From: Octopus sinensis | Taxonomy: Eukaryota | DNA length: 64,000 nucleotides | NCBI RefSeq assembly: GCF_006345805.1 | Contig: NC_043009.1 | Location: 29,388,001 to 29,452,000, forward strand | Reading direction: 5' to 3' | Shown: positions 1 to 15,223 of the stretch, one piece after another | Layout of the letters: each line of letters begins with the position of its first letter | Numbering within the stretch: the first letter of the stretch is position 1 | Notes under the pieces: generated by a model | Databases searched by the model: none | What the model was told of the DNA's origin: nothing | The model's input: only the letters and a program-made list of their open reading frames with translations | Translations under genes and position numbers: made by a program

Positions 1-1380
1 GTGTGTGAGATGTTTATAGAAAAGCTTCGTTAAGTCCGGCCTGTTAGCTTCTGTCAAGTAAAACCACTGGCAGTTAGAAAGAACCATTACTTTCACCGCT
101 TCTCACCTTTAGGATCGTAGACCCGCCATCCATTCTTACCACTCGATCTGGTCTGACAGTGGTAAGAATGGGTGTCGGCAAGAAGAAGAGTAAGTGAGTG
201 TGTCTCGGAAGTTTTGGATTCATTGGTGGCCACGACTTTGGGGATCTGGGACTTCAGGATTGTTTATCCCAAGAATGTCTGAGGGGCTCCAAAACATTTC
301 ACCCCCTGTTAAATAGGAACCTTTACAAGAGTTCTTTACCAACATTAACGTGAGTCGACGAGATATCTGGTGGTTGAGCTTTCCTTTCAGGCAAGTCCCT
401 CACAAACCTTTTAAAATATTTCTTGAATAGTCAGGTGACTATTTAATAGTCCTATATGTTGTTATTATCTGCAGAATGTCCAGAAAGCTACACTGCATAT
501 TTCTGCATATTATACTGTAAAGGTGCTAACATCATGGTTATAGGGTCGTGGGTTGATTAAAGTATATTGTTTTATGTTGCTTCAGTTTACTAAGCTGTAA
601 AAGAGTTCCAGCTGACGGTTGGTGGGGCTCCCTCTCCCTCCAGTCGCCACATACTGGATGTTCCACTGCATCATGGTTTGGAGAGTGGCGATGGCATTTC
701 TGTCTGCTTGGAACTAAATGGGTGCCTAAACACAATTAGTGAATGCATGGTGCATGCTTCCAGGTCATGCTCAGTTGCGAGTATTAGTTACATTTCTTTG
801 CTTTCGAGTTAAAACATGATGTATGATTAGTGTTCCCTGCTGCACATTGCACAATACAACACTGCATGTTGTAGTATGTAGCATGAGCAGTTTTATGAAC
901 TGTACACTCCGCCCACAAAATATTGCATATTGTAGTGTGCAGTACGACCATACTTCCATATGGTATGGGGGTGGTGACAAGAAGGACATCCAAGCAATAA
1001 AATTGTGCCAAAATAAAATGTCACATATATACGAGTTTTGGTTGTATAGGTGTCAACTGAACTTTAGAACCGTTGAGAGATGATAAAATATTCTTCAGTA
1101 TTGAGATCGAGTCATTCAGTTTTATTCCACTGTACCATTTCTTGAATATATCATTCTTGAATGTTTCCTGTGCCCGTTTCAACGAGGGAGGCCATATCAG
1201 CGGTGGGTGGAGAAGATAAAGCAGCGGGTGAGAATAAATCTTATACACCACCTTCTGAGTACCACTCAAAAGCTTTGACAGTGACGTGGAGTTTGAAAGG
1301 AAGTCATCAGGAGTCCTTCATTGAACTGATGGTTCAAAGAGTAAAACAATTTCATAGAACTGTGCCAAACCATTATTATT
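1..1380 (-). mobile_element. Decayed Gypsy/Ty3-like LTR retrotransposon integrase region
   Basis: Manual minus-strand translation gives frameshifted integrase-like pieces: LIVFRHPFSSK (cf. IVSDNGxPFxSxEF) and MMQWNIQYVATGGRGSPTNRQLELF (cf. NGIxHxxTxPYHPxTNGQAERF). Many stops and frameshifts; more GC-rich than the flanks. Confidence 0.5.
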
Positions 1381-1804
1381 AATATCAGTCCAGCCTTAAA
1401 GTCGAAAGTGATAATATAATTATATATTTAAAATATTTTTCCTTATAATGTTGATTACTTGCTGTTGAATATTTCAGAAACAAATTGTTATAAATACTCG
1501 AAAGGTTATAATTAAGGAAATTTCAATATACGAAACCTTTAATTACCAATTACATTTAATTATATTAATTTTCATTTTGAAAACTTATGTATTGCTGAAT
1601 AAAGATTAAATGCTTAGAAGTGAATCAGGATACAAGCACAAATGAAAAACATACGAAACTGTTTTTATTGGAACCTCTTCTGTCTGCACCAACACGTAAT
1701 TTAAATACATAAACATTTAATTAGATGTAATTATGAATAATTTTTCATATAAGACTCGTAGATTAATTCTTAAAGTACTGTAAGTATTACACAAGCGGTA
1801 CATT

Positions 1805-1940
1805 GGATGAAGGCAATATAGTTGAATGGTTAGAATGGTTCAATTTTACTGTGCTTAGCCACTTGTACACCAATTTCTCATGCAGACTGTTCCGTTGATC
1901 CGATCAACTGGAATCCACGTCATTGTAAGCGACGGACTGT
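1805..1940 (+). mobile_element. Degenerate SINE fragment (3' tail related to 54672-55005)
   Basis: cttagccacttgtacacc...ctgttccgttgatccgatcaactggaatcc...cgacgga resembles the tail at 54910-55005. Confidence 0.4.
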
Positions 1941-2589
1941 ACGTTATAACCTCACAGTCATATGGTGTCCCTCTCCCTCAGAATTTACGGGTGTAGAATT
2001 ATGCCAAAAACAGAATATATAATAGATACAAGCCTAATTCTACTTACTACACGAAAATATGTATTTTTGATACATAACTTTTGTTACCTTAATCCTATTT
2101 ATTAAGCAGCATCTTGCATCTCTGGGTAACCAAAAATTCCTTGTGGTGTGGGTTTTGTTCATATATTAATATAGGTTTTGCACACAAAATTAAAATAATC
2201 TATTCCGATAAAACAATGATATTATATGTAGTAATATCTTTCGGATAATTTTTTAATAGAATATTCCATCAATGTTATCACAATGTTAGCCATAAGTCTT
2301 TCAACTAAGAGAACTAAAATAATGGTTAAAAGAAATAATAATAAAAGTCGGGAGAAAGAATGACAATAAAGAATATATATGAAAATAAATAGAAAATAAA
2401 GAATACAATATAAAAATATGATATAATAAAAACAACAAGTGTATAAAAATGGATTACAAAACATTAGAAGCTATTCTGCGATATACGGATCAGCAGTGGA
2501 CTCAGGTGTTATGAATATGTTTTAACTGTATTTTCCCAACTAGATGCAAATGCTTGTGTACTGAGACACACCCAAAATAAACACCTGTG

Positions 2590-4130
<1,541 letters not shown>

Positions 4131-4324
4131 TGTATGCAACGTGTCTGAAATTGTTAAGAGGAAATTGTACTCGGTATTCAAGTACAATATCATTATTTAT
4201 TATAATGCTGAAGATAATCTCTGGTGGTACTCTGAGTGTCCGACTTTCACAATGACTGTGTTGATTGATGAGCGAAGTAACGCTGACTCGGAGCTACAAC
4301 AGAGATTAATATCGGTTAAGTGCT

Positions 4325-4330
4325 GCATAC

Positions 4331-4380
<50 letters not shown>

Positions 4381-4425
4381 GTGTGTGCTTGTGTGTGTAC
4401 ACACACGCACAACACATTCATGTAT

Positions 4426-4472
<47 letters not shown>

Positions 4473-4551
4473 ATTTAGGTACATATAGATAGAGTAATTG
4501 CATAGATACAAAGAAAGGTAAAAGTATATATATATATATAGAGAGAGAGAG

Positions 4552-4618
<67 letters not shown>

Positions 4619-4621
4619 AAT

Positions 4622-4705
<84 letters not shown>
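4325..4705. repeat. (TA)n, (TG)n and long (AGAT)n microsatellite
   Basis: Directly visible; (AGAT)n about 4552-4703. Confidence 0.95.
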
Positions 4706-5784
4706 GTAAAGTTATTTATATGCACTAACCATTTTGTTTTTAGTCTGCAAATGAGATCTTAGAGATATTCCGTTTATTTGTTTTTTTTTCTTCCCACTTT
4801 CCCTGCATGTATCTAAATAAAATTGGCAGAAGTGATCAAAAATAGTTATGTATTCAGGATTGTACACGAAGGAAAAAATTTAATAAACTTACACATCGTG
4901 TCTTTTATACCTCTTGCACACTACGTGTTGACTTACTACTGCTGTTTGTAGCTGATACTTCTTCTAAACCATTCTTCATATGAATGAACTTCATTGGTTT
5001 TGATACTGTTTCTCTTTTTCACCGAAATATTCCGTATATAGTCGCTGGAATTACTTTATATTTGTTTTCGACTTCTTCCTATTGTTTTGTTCTTTGTGTA
5101 AATGTATTGATTTTTCGTAATATCTTCTGTAGCGTTTCTCCATGTAAAACCGCAACATTTTCTGTTGTCTTTTGAAATATTTATTCTCCTTTGATATAAA
5201 GCAGAATATAGAGACAGTACTTGGGTGTGAAAACAAAAAAAGTAAAAATGACAAGACAGTTCTTTATTAATGAAGCTGAAGCTGAATTGAGATATTCTTG
5301 TGGTACCCGTGGAAATTCCACATTTCATAAAAGATACTCTTATTTCTCTTTTTTGATACCTGAATTTATAGATCTCCGTTACATCGATTCATCATGTCGA
5401 AAATTTCAAATATATCTTCGTTTTTCTCCATAGTTAAGCCTGTTAAGAGCGTAACGCTTGTACTTGTTTCCTTATGCTATAATTTTCTGTTGTCTTCGAT
5501 TTTATTCTCATGGGTAAGGTTGTTTAGAGCAAAGCAATGTTAAACATTTTGATTACGTTTTCAGTTTTATTCCATAATTTTCGTTTTATTCCAAATGTTT
5601 CAGTCTGTGTGTATTACCTGTGAAAATATAGATGTCAAGTGTGTCTGTATGAACGTTTCTATGTATGTATATCATTTTCCAGTTTTATTTCAAGACTTCT
5701 TGCCAATAGAGAAAATGCCAGTTTCTAACCTAGATCCAAGGATCCTTCATTGGAATTTCGACAAAATCAACAGGGTAATTTTGT

Positions 5785-5878
5785 GTGTATGTATGTATGT
5801 ATGTATGTATGTATGTATGTATGTATGTATGTATGTATGTATGTATGTATGTATGCATGTATGCATGTATGTATGAAT
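5785..5878. repeat. (TATG)n microsatellite
   Basis: Directly visible. Confidence 0.95.
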
Positions 5879-5949
5879 GTAACCCCACATACAAACATAA
5901 GAGTTCAGGTAAAGTTTTTACAAAAGCAACAAGATTTTTGCTTTACTTC

Positions 5950-7173
5950 CGAATTAATCTGACGTTCCTCCATCTAAATAGCCGTCGCGCTTCTTGACAT
6001 GCGGTTCTTAACACATTTTTCTTGTTCTGAAATGCATGGTTTTTCGGGCAGAACACAGTCAACAACACGCTTTTTGTCGTTTTCGAAGAGAACGTATCGT
6101 TAACTGTGTACTATTCCATAACATAACATATTGTCATTTAGCGCCATAAGGAACCTCACCAAAAAGTCCTCAAGACCCAAATCCGTGGAGCAGGGTAATT
6201 GGAAATCGTTTTATGTTTTGTCAAAAGTTGAGGGATGAGTGACTCGTGAGCAATTGCATTGCCCGATTCTGTTTATCAATCCCTCAAGCCTCGTTCTTCA
6301 CAATCTTCTCTCAACCTCTTCAGGACATTCAAATAACACTTTTTGTTGATCGCCTGATCTTATGAAATGAACCAACGATGAAGAACGCTATTCTAATAAA
6401 GAAAAGGTAATAAAACCAATGCCACATCTGAATTCACTTTCCATGCATGTTTCTTTTTCTGCTGTAGGTGCTATGATCCATCTCTTTACAAAAATAGTCT
6501 TTTTGCTTTGGCTTCGTAGATGTAAATCATCAACGTTTTCATCAGGATACGAATGACCAAACATCTTTTGACTGACTGTGAATAAATATTTTCTATTTCT
6601 GTTATTTTTTTCCTGTCAACGACACGAAACAAATTTGTCAGCAACATCTTTTAATTTTGCGTCAAGATCCTATGGCTTGAACTGCTTCAGCTGCCAAATT
6701 TTTGAGAAATTACACGGAGATTCAGGCGACGAATTTCACAGATCACAATTCGCACTTTCTCACAGCACTCATCATCCATTACCATAAAGTGTCGTCCTGA
6801 TTTAGAATCGTTTTCAGTAGATGTTCCTTTAGATTTCAAAAGCTGGTACCGCTTGCAATGATTCATATACTCTCAAACCCTTTACACAAGTTGCAACATT
6901 AGATATATTTTTCCCAAGTTAAAACAGAGTTTTACACAAACATGATTCTTTTTCCAAATTCCTCACTACTCAGCTTTCATCAAGTCGCTAAGGTAATTAA
7001 ACATACATTCCCTATCGGATGTTTAGATTGATAATAAACAGACGTGACCTGATGCATCTGTTATTAAAGTGAAAGTCATTGTCACTCATACAGAATATTG
7101 CTGTCAAAAGCACGCTTCTCCGACAGGTTGGCGCTGTTTTATTAGTTCTCTGTCTTTTTGGACAGACTGCGTA
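5950..7173 (-). mobile_element. Decayed mariner transposon with one TIR
   Basis: Minus-strand translation: VKLCFNLGK, KSGR..DDECCEKVRIVICEIRRLNLRVISQKFG, QKCYLNVLKRLRE, NAIAH, a degenerate HPPYSPDL-like motif and a terminal DGYL. TIR-like tacgcagtctgtccaaaaag at 7154-7173 is followed by TA. Confidence 0.8.
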
Positions 7174-7367
7174 TACTGTAGAATTGGATATTCTATAATT
7201 ATTATATCTTTATCTTATTTACTGACATTAGAAGTATTATAACATTCCGACTATGCAGAACTACTTTAGTACTAAGCGCATGCGTACTTTGCACATCTAA
7301 AATGACTTTTGGAATGACATTTCTGGTCGTTGATTTCTGAAGTGCACAATACGTATATTGCTGGATA

Positions 7368-8200
7368 TTGGACTCTTCGAAATTACGTATTACAACAATT
7401 TTCACACTTCAGAAGTTACAACAATCAACTCTGCCATCAATAAGAATCAAACCCTCGACGTCAAACGGTAATTCAACAGAGACCTTTGATAAATTTATTA
7501 TCTCGATTCAAAGCTATCTTAGACGTATGAAACTAGATGAGTCTGATGAAAAGGATTTATTTCTATTAAGTCTAGGAGTTACAGCAAATAATTCACACGA
7601 TGAAATAGAGTGGACTGAAATTACAAAAGACATGGGGGAAAATGACATTACATACTATTCAAGAACAAAACATCCATTCCATTTAAATATACTAGCTCTA
7701 AAATATATGCTTAATCGACAAATAAGACTATATTCGATGACAGAACAGCCTGAACAACTTAAAAACCTTGTCTTTAAATTCCCTCTCAATTGTGGAAGAT
7801 GTTATCGGTGATACTTTTCATCAAGGACTACTATTGAAAAGGTTGCAAGACGCAACGAAAATTTTTGGAAAATAAAATAAAATAATAAAATAAGTGGAAA
7901 TTTTACCTGTGAGTGTGTTAAATTGTGAGGCACAAAAAGAACATGACTCTCCCCAGACACAGCAGAATATGCTTCAACATACGAACTCATGTAAAGAATC
8001 TTGCAAACCAAATCCAAACTAAATATAGAAACTTATCAAAAGTGTTATTGCCATACCATTCCTTGTCTTATAATGCTGAGAAAATCCTAACGTTGCAAAA
8101 TATCGTGTTTAAGTTCCAGGTGAAAGTGTCCACCATTAAGGTTATGGTCAGGAAGTATTACTACGACTTGAGCATAATCTTCACGTTGTTGCTGTCGGGA
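7368..8200 (+). mobile_element. Probable decayed Gypsy gag-like relic
   Basis: The 147-aa non-repetitive ORF (FDKFIISIQSYL..EKDLFLLSLG..WTEITKDM..LKNLVFKFPLNCGRCYR) continues after a frameshift as DTFHQGLL. Broken Cys-rich knuckle-like pieces lie near 8040-8140. Resemblance is by pattern only. Confidence 0.35.
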
Positions 8201-10179
8201 AATAAACTTCGACTAAAGATATAATTTATTTTGGTGTTGATTAAAAGATTAAAAGCGTTACGTAACCGTAAAGTGTATCCTGTAGCTAATAAACATGTCT
8301 TAGCTGCAAAGGTGGTACGGAAACGGTTTACAAAATTACGTACAAAACAAAAAGACTCAGTTGCAAAAAATTAATTTAAAAAAAAATTAAATTAAAAAAG
8401 AAACAAATAAATAAACCTTTGGATGCTTAAGCGGAAATTTATTTTTGGCTGAGTAAATGATTGTAATGAATAGCGGTTTATCGACTGTGGCAGAGAATTG
8501 TCTCTGAGCTTGGAAAATATTGCAAAAAAAAAAAAAGGTTTGGTATTTCGGCGTCGAAAAAGAATCGGACGAAATGCATTGAGGTGTTGTATTTTGGCTC
8601 CGTGCATTCTGAGTTCAAATCACACTAAGTTCAACTTTGATTTCCATGTTTATATGGTCGACAAATACAGTACAATTCTGTGGCGGTGGGTAGGAAGACA
8701 GAATACCTTGCAGTGTTTGTTCCAGATCTTTATGTTTTTTGTTTCAAATCCCACCGTGGCATATCTAGCCCCTATTACCTTGGCTGACTTTAGCACTGAG
8801 ACCAGTCTTGATTTCTCCCTTCTTCAGTCTGGAAGATTCTAAAATTGATTTTAGCTTCTGCCCTTCCTCACAATTAAGAAATATGAAGTTCTACTCCAAG
8901 ATCTTTTGGAGACCTTCAAAAGGTTTTGGAGTAGGACTTCAAGAGAACAGTTCTTCATAGAAATAAATTTAATCGTAAAATAAATATTCCGAATTTGAAA
9001 TCAACAATGTCAGATTAATAGCCGAAGTTCCGGTTTCCTGTGGAATATCTGATTCTGCCACTGAGAGAATTACATTATCATTATAAATTTGGTAACTTTA
9101 GTTTGAATTTAAAATCAGACTTATATCTTTGACAGATCTTGGTTTGTGTTGTTCCAAAGATTTTAACGTCTGTGGAAACGCTGTTGAGATCGCCCCTGGT
9201 TCTATGATACACAGCCACCCATTTCAAAAGTGTTTCCATTTCTAAATCTTTTTGCTTACTTTTGTTCCAAGTACCAATTTAATGATTAATAAGTTATTTT
9301 GCTAAATTCTTCGGAATTCTTTATTAATTTCGAAATTGATTGAAGTGTATACATACATGTATTTCATAATAATTATGGAAACAAAAGAGTTACAGAATTT
9401 CTCAGTACGAGCCAGCATGACAAGACGAGACATTAGAATTACAAGGACAATCCGAAAGATGAAGAAAGGGAGAATCAGATCCCCAGATGGAGTGGTGCTG
9501 TATTTATCAATCCATTAAAATCCATTAAAAGTTTAAAATCAAAGTCAACCTGTGTGTGGTTTGAACTCAGCACACCGAAAGAAGAATGAATGCGATAAGT
9601 CTATTTTATCTGACGCTCTAACACTTCTGCCAGTTCACAGCCTTAACCGCCCTACCCTCCCCCACCTGCCAGAGCTATTATTGTGTAGATAACTGTTTCA
9701 TTATAAGTTCAATGAAGATATGTAAACTCACTACAGGAACTGAATCATTAATCTACTTCTCTCTTTCTTTCTCTCTCGCTCCCTCTCTTTGTCTCTCCGT
9801 TTTGTTGTCTGTCGTGTGTGTTGCTCGATTATAGACGTCTTATTTCATGCTCGACTGATTAGCTTCAAGTTTAATGGGCATTAGAGCATTGAACACTGAA
9901 ATAAAACAACACCAATCACACCACAAACACTACTACATGTTGCTCCCACTTATACAAGCACACACACACACACACCACACACACACACACGCACACACAC
10001 ACACACACATACCAAACACACACACACACACTTTTAGAAATACAACGCACACTCACGTACATAGATGCGTGTACTCACGCACCCAAACATATTCGCAAAT
10101 AAATGCAAGCATTCTTGTACAATTCCTAACGATCATCGACTTCATTTCCCTCACAATCATTACTGTCCCCCATCACCTT

Positions 10180-10395
10180 TATCATTAAAATCCTCATCAT
10201 CATCCTCATCATCATCATCATCTCCAAGACCATCAACACCACTATTATTACCACCTCAAGCGTCACCGTAAGTATCACCACCATTTAAAATTTCCTCATT
10301 ACGTCAACATCGTCGTCGTCGTCGTCGTCATCATCGTCGTCCTCCTCCTCCTCCTCCTCCTCCTCATCCTCATCATCATAATCATTCGCATCATA
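10180..10395. repeat. (CAT)n/(CGT)n/(CCT)n trinucleotide tracts
   Basis: Directly visible. Confidence 0.9.
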
Positions 10396-10849
10396 CTAAA
10401 TGACCGAAATTCTTGGCGATGCCAAAAACTTGTACTTGCTGACCCCAAACTAAGAAGCCCGTATTGATTGGCTATTGGTCAGTGATGTGATTGTGCGTAT
10501 TTTTGAGAATATGAATGTGTGTGCGTGCGTGTGCGTGCGTGTGTGTGTCTATGTGTGTATGTGTGTGTGTGTGTTAACACGTACACATATCTCTATATAT
10601 TTGTAGACATGTTTTGGTGCATATGTGTGTGTTTATGGATATGTGAGTGTGTGTTTCAGTGTCCGACTGTATGAGTGCATGTACGAGTGTACGTGCATCT
10701 GTCTATGTGTCCGACCGTATGTGTACATACAGAGACATGTTTGTGTGCGTGCAAGTGTATTTATATGTGTATGAATGTGAGAGTCTATGTGGTTGGTTTC
10801 GATAGCGAATTTGTTATCGAATGTGGACACCTTTTGCTTTCACTTTCTA

Positions 10850-11345
10850 TTTCCTCTTCAACTGTGGTATATTCCTGATATGGGGTCGTTTGATATCAAA
10901 GATATACACCAGCATAGTAAGCCAAGGCTCCACCACCCACAAACGACACCGAGAACGCTTCAACAGAATATGGCCATGGGCCCATGAGCGACCTTAATAG
11001 CACCGCTGCTTTCACATATTTTACTCCTTTTGTGAGCTCCCGGAAGCGATAATGCCTGGCATGGAGACATCCGATGGCTTACTCCCTCCGATTTCGTATC
11101 AGTTTTGGCATGTTTGCTGTGTTCGAGAAACGAACGACAGGGTGGTAAATTTGGGTGCCTTTTATACCAAATGAGTTTTGCACGTGCATCATGCTTTTCA
11201 TAAAGATGCGTTCATGAGCATTACCATATTTGCGAAAAGTGAGCGAGTTCGAACCCTGCATACAATCCTTGTGTTTTCCAAAGAGAGTGGTGTTGTAGGA
11301 CAGTGACATCTTCCTGATGGCAAATTACCTAGAAATGTGATAAAA
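10850..11345 (+). mobile_element. Highly decayed RTE-like LINE 3' region
   Basis: Fragments VLACLLCS (cf. VLLYGSETW), HAFH.RC and HLPDGKLPRNVI (cf. RMPDGRLPK.IL); heavily frameshifted. Confidence 0.3.
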
Positions 11346-11394
11346 TTCATATGATCTAAATAACGCGTATGAAACAAACAATCTTTTACTGTGC

Positions 11395-11640
11395 AACGTC
11401 TTCGAAACACGCATTGAGACGAAACAGGGGCAGCTGAAGAAGGGGAATATTCCTTGTATTGTTTGTCTTGTACTCTGTTTTTTTGTTGTTAAAAAAAGTC
11501 CGTTTCCTTGTTTGATTTTATGTTTACGTTTCTCGTTGTGATCTACGTTTATTTGTGGTGTCCTGTACTCATATATGCATGTATATATATACATATAGAT
11601 GTAGGTATGTACATATATGTATGTATGTATGCATATGTTT
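11395..11640 (+). mobile_element. Dispersed repeat family D (Penelope-terminus-like), copy 1
   Basis: ttcgaaac..aaacaggggcagctgaagaaggggaatattc..tgtcctgtactcatatatgcatg is shared with 28150-28315 and 34590-35045. Confidence 0.6.
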
Positions 11641-11655
11641 TATTTATTACATTGT

Positions 11656-11711
<56 letters not shown>

Positions 11712-11713
<2 letters not shown>

Positions 11714-11875
11714 CGTCCTTCTTTCAGTTTCCGTCTACCAAATCCACTCACAAGGGTTTTTGGTCGACCTGAGCTTATAGCAGAAGCCACTTGCCCAAGG
11801 TAACACGCAATGGGTCCGAACGCGGAAACATGTGGTTGGGAAGCAAGCTTCTTACTACACCGCTACGCCTTCACC
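11712..11875 (-). mobile_element. SINE family B (tRNA head + CORE-like, OR2-like), 5' part
   Basis: Reverse complement matches the heads of the full copies at 37789, 45818, 60326 and 61227 (gcttgcttcccaaccacatg..ccttgggcaagtg..ggtagacggaaactgaaagaag). Confidence 0.85.
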
Positions 11876-11877
<2 letters not shown>

Positions 11878-11909
<32 letters not shown>

Positions 11910-12564
11910 TGTATGTATGTATGTATGTATGTATGTATGTATGTATGTATGTATGTATGTGTGTGTGTATGTATGTATGTGTGTATGTATGTATGTATGT
12001 ATGTATGTAAGTATGTATGTATGTATGTATGTATGTGTGTATGTATGTAAGTATGTGTGTATGTATGTATGTATGTATGTATGTATAGATATCTACATAT
12101 GTAAAGAGGTGTGTGAGTGTGGTTCTATAAAAGGTGAGACTGCGCGTTTGCGATGTAAAGCAACCCCCATACTAATGTGGCATTTTGAATAGAAAACTAT
12201 CGGGATTGTAGTAACATATGAATTAATCCAGTAAAAATTTTATAACAAGCATTTTATATGCCATAAAATGTCTAGCTTTATGTAATGGAAGTTAATGGAC
12301 ATTGCTAAGGAATGTTCGGAGGTTGTCTCACAGTTTATGTCTTGGCATTAACAGAGATATTGTCAGCATTGGTGCTATTAAAAAAAGGAGTAGACTATAA
12401 TTCTCATATATATATATATATATATTTATATATCTATCTATATCTATATATATATACACATACATAAACACACACCACATATATACATGTATGTATGTAT
12501 GTATGTATGTATATATATATATGTGTGTGTATATATATATGTATATATATATGTATATATATAT

Positions 12565-12626
<62 letters not shown>

Positions 12627-12811
12627 CTCACACATATAGATGTATACTATAGCGATAAGGAACGAATTTTTATAATAATAATTATTATTATCAATGCTAC
12701 CATTATACATTCGTGCTTATACACGTTTTTACATAGGTATGCAAGCATACATATGCATTGCCATTAATACATACGTACGTACACATATATGTGTATACGT
12801 ATATATGTATA

Positions 12812-12849
<38 letters not shown>

Positions 12850-12860
12850 TAATATATAAA
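11878..12860. repeat. (TATG)n, (TA)n, (TG)n microsatellite blocks
   Basis: Directly visible; unique spacer about 12090-12400. Confidence 0.9.
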
Positions 12861-13022
12861 TATATATCTATTGATATATTTCTATTTACCTTTCAGCCTG
12901 TCTCTCTATATGTGTATATAGTTAGATATCCATTTGTATATATTTCTTATTTCTTATATTTTATTAATACACTTACCATATAATATTATATACATATCTC
13001 TTTGTGTTTTCATGTTTGGATT

Positions 13023-13063
<41 letters not shown>

Positions 13064-13261
13064 AATCAAGGAACGGCCATAATAGGCCATTCACCCACTA
13101 GAAATAACAGCCAAAAGCTTCAACCGCAAAATAACATCAATTCCGTAAACCAGGAGAAAATTAAAAAACATTTACCCTGTAATTTCTTATACGATGCACC
13201 GTTTCATCTACTGTTTAATGGTAAACTAACCTGATTAAATTAATCAAGCCATATATATATA

Positions 13262-13302
<41 letters not shown>

Positions 13303-13999
13303 TCTCTCATTTTCTCTCTCTCTCTCCTCTCTCTCTCTGTATTTATTCACACACACACACACACACAAATATATGTATGTATATGAAATAGAGAATTCTT
13401 TCTCCTTTTCCTTTCACTGCATGTGTATATATGTGTGTGAGAAGGTAAGGAGATGGAGACGTAAAGATATATCTATACACCTTTTTAGAGAAGGTAAACA
13501 ACCATATACTTTTGCTCATATACATGCATATGGACACACGTATGAATGTCCACGTACGCGTGCATCCATGTGCAAGTATGTACACACACGCACATATTTG
13601 AGCAGTTATGTGTAGGTACGTGTTTATGTGTGAGCATCTTACACAAACTAAAATACCAATCTGAATATAGAAATTTTGAAACGACAAGGACTCAGTCCTC
13701 GGAAATATCTGAAACATAAAGTATTTGTTTGATAAAGAGACTGTACAGCAAATAGTACCACGTGGGTGGCGTAGTGATGTGGGGGGTGGGAGGAAAAGGT
13801 GATATTTATCAATGGAGACAGACAAGTACTAGATACCAGAGACAACCCCCTACACTACCCACTTTCTATACCTCAGTAATTCATACATCAATAATGTTTC
13901 ACAATATGTGCTTTGGTAAATTATTGCTTCGGCAAAGATGAGTGCAACAAAGTGTAAACATAGGGGCAACAAAAACTTGAAAAATAAACACCAGAAGAT

Positions 14000-14040
14000 A
14001 TATCTATATATATCTATATATATATATATATATTATATAT

Positions 14041-14111
<71 letters not shown>

Positions 14112-14183
14112 ATGTATGTATATATATGTATATATGTGTATGTATGTGTATATATATGTATGTATATTAATATATACACACAT

Positions 14184-14215
<32 letters not shown>

Positions 14216-14488
14216 CATACAAAATTATATACATACATATGTATATATATATATATATATATGTATATAATATATATACATACATATATATACACACATA
14301 CATACACATATATATACATATATATACATATATATAATATATATATTATATATATATATATATGTATATATATGTATATATATGTGTATGTATGTGTGTG
14401 TATATATATGTATGTATATATATAATATATATACATATATATATATATATATACATACAAAATTATATACATACATATGTATATATAC

Positions 14489-14522
<34 letters not shown>

Positions 14523-14580
14523 TTATGTATGTGGGTGTGTATGTATGTATGCGAGAGTGAGTGAGAGAGAGAGAGAAAAG
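14000..14580. repeat. AT/TG-rich microsatellite block with internal direct and inverted duplication
   Basis: catacaaaattatatacatacatatgtatatata occurs twice (about 14215 and 14453); an inverted copy of the tgtgtatgtatgtg segment lies between. Confidence 0.85.
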
Positions 14581-15118
14581 GAGAGTCAGATTAAGATGCT
14601 GAGTATATAAAGAAGAAAGATATACTGCAATAAAATGGAGCTGTACAAGAAACGGGTCAGCTAGTAGATGCCCATTATAGGACTTCAGCGTGAAATTATT
14701 TCCCCATATAAAGCGGAGATAATTTGAAGAGTGCATAATGGCTGTAAGAGCTGTCAATGCTTATCAGCCATTGGTTATTGTTGTGTTGTGTGTTGAAGAA
14801 GACAGTAAAAGATCAGCGCTCGTTTCCCCGCCATCCCTTGGCGAAGAATTTGAAAAAAAAAAGATTGTTATATAAAGATAATGTGTCAGACATGTCTGTG
14901 TTCGTGCAAAGATGCTTTTATAAGCGTAAACATACTAAATATCGACTAAAGCAGTATTTTCAAGCATTTCTTTTCTATGGACACTTTGATTCCTATTTAA
15001 CTCTAACGGACCCTCATAGCCATTTGATGTTTAAAAAATCCGATTTCATTATTATTGTTATTGTTGTTAAATATTATAAGCAATTGTATAAAAAATTTAA
15101 ATATTTTGTGTATTGTAG

Positions 15119-15223
15119 AAGCAAAACCAATTTATCGCAGACAAATTTTAACAACAAAATCTTATATGGGACCTACAAGAGCCATATGGACCACTTATCT
15201 TTTCCATTTACTTGTTTCCGTCA
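15119..15223 (+). other. Candidate internal exon (105 nt), gene unknown
   Basis: Acceptor ttttgtgtattgtAG and donor GTGAGT; length divisible by 3; two frames open. No homology recognised. Confidence 0.25.

Noticed and set aside
4140-4320. LIDERSNADSELQQRL segment resembling an RTE RT motif
   Set aside because: Too short and diverged to call; no flanking motifs.
4880-5450. Minus-strand KVIPATIYGIFR resembling a pogo/CENP-B HTH
   Set aside because: Single weak motif with stops and no TIR found; left unassigned.
11395-11460. GAAA and CTGATGA-like words in repeat family D as a hammerhead
   Set aside because: Order and stems do not give a canonical fold; the base pair closing stem II is mismatched and no stem I is found.
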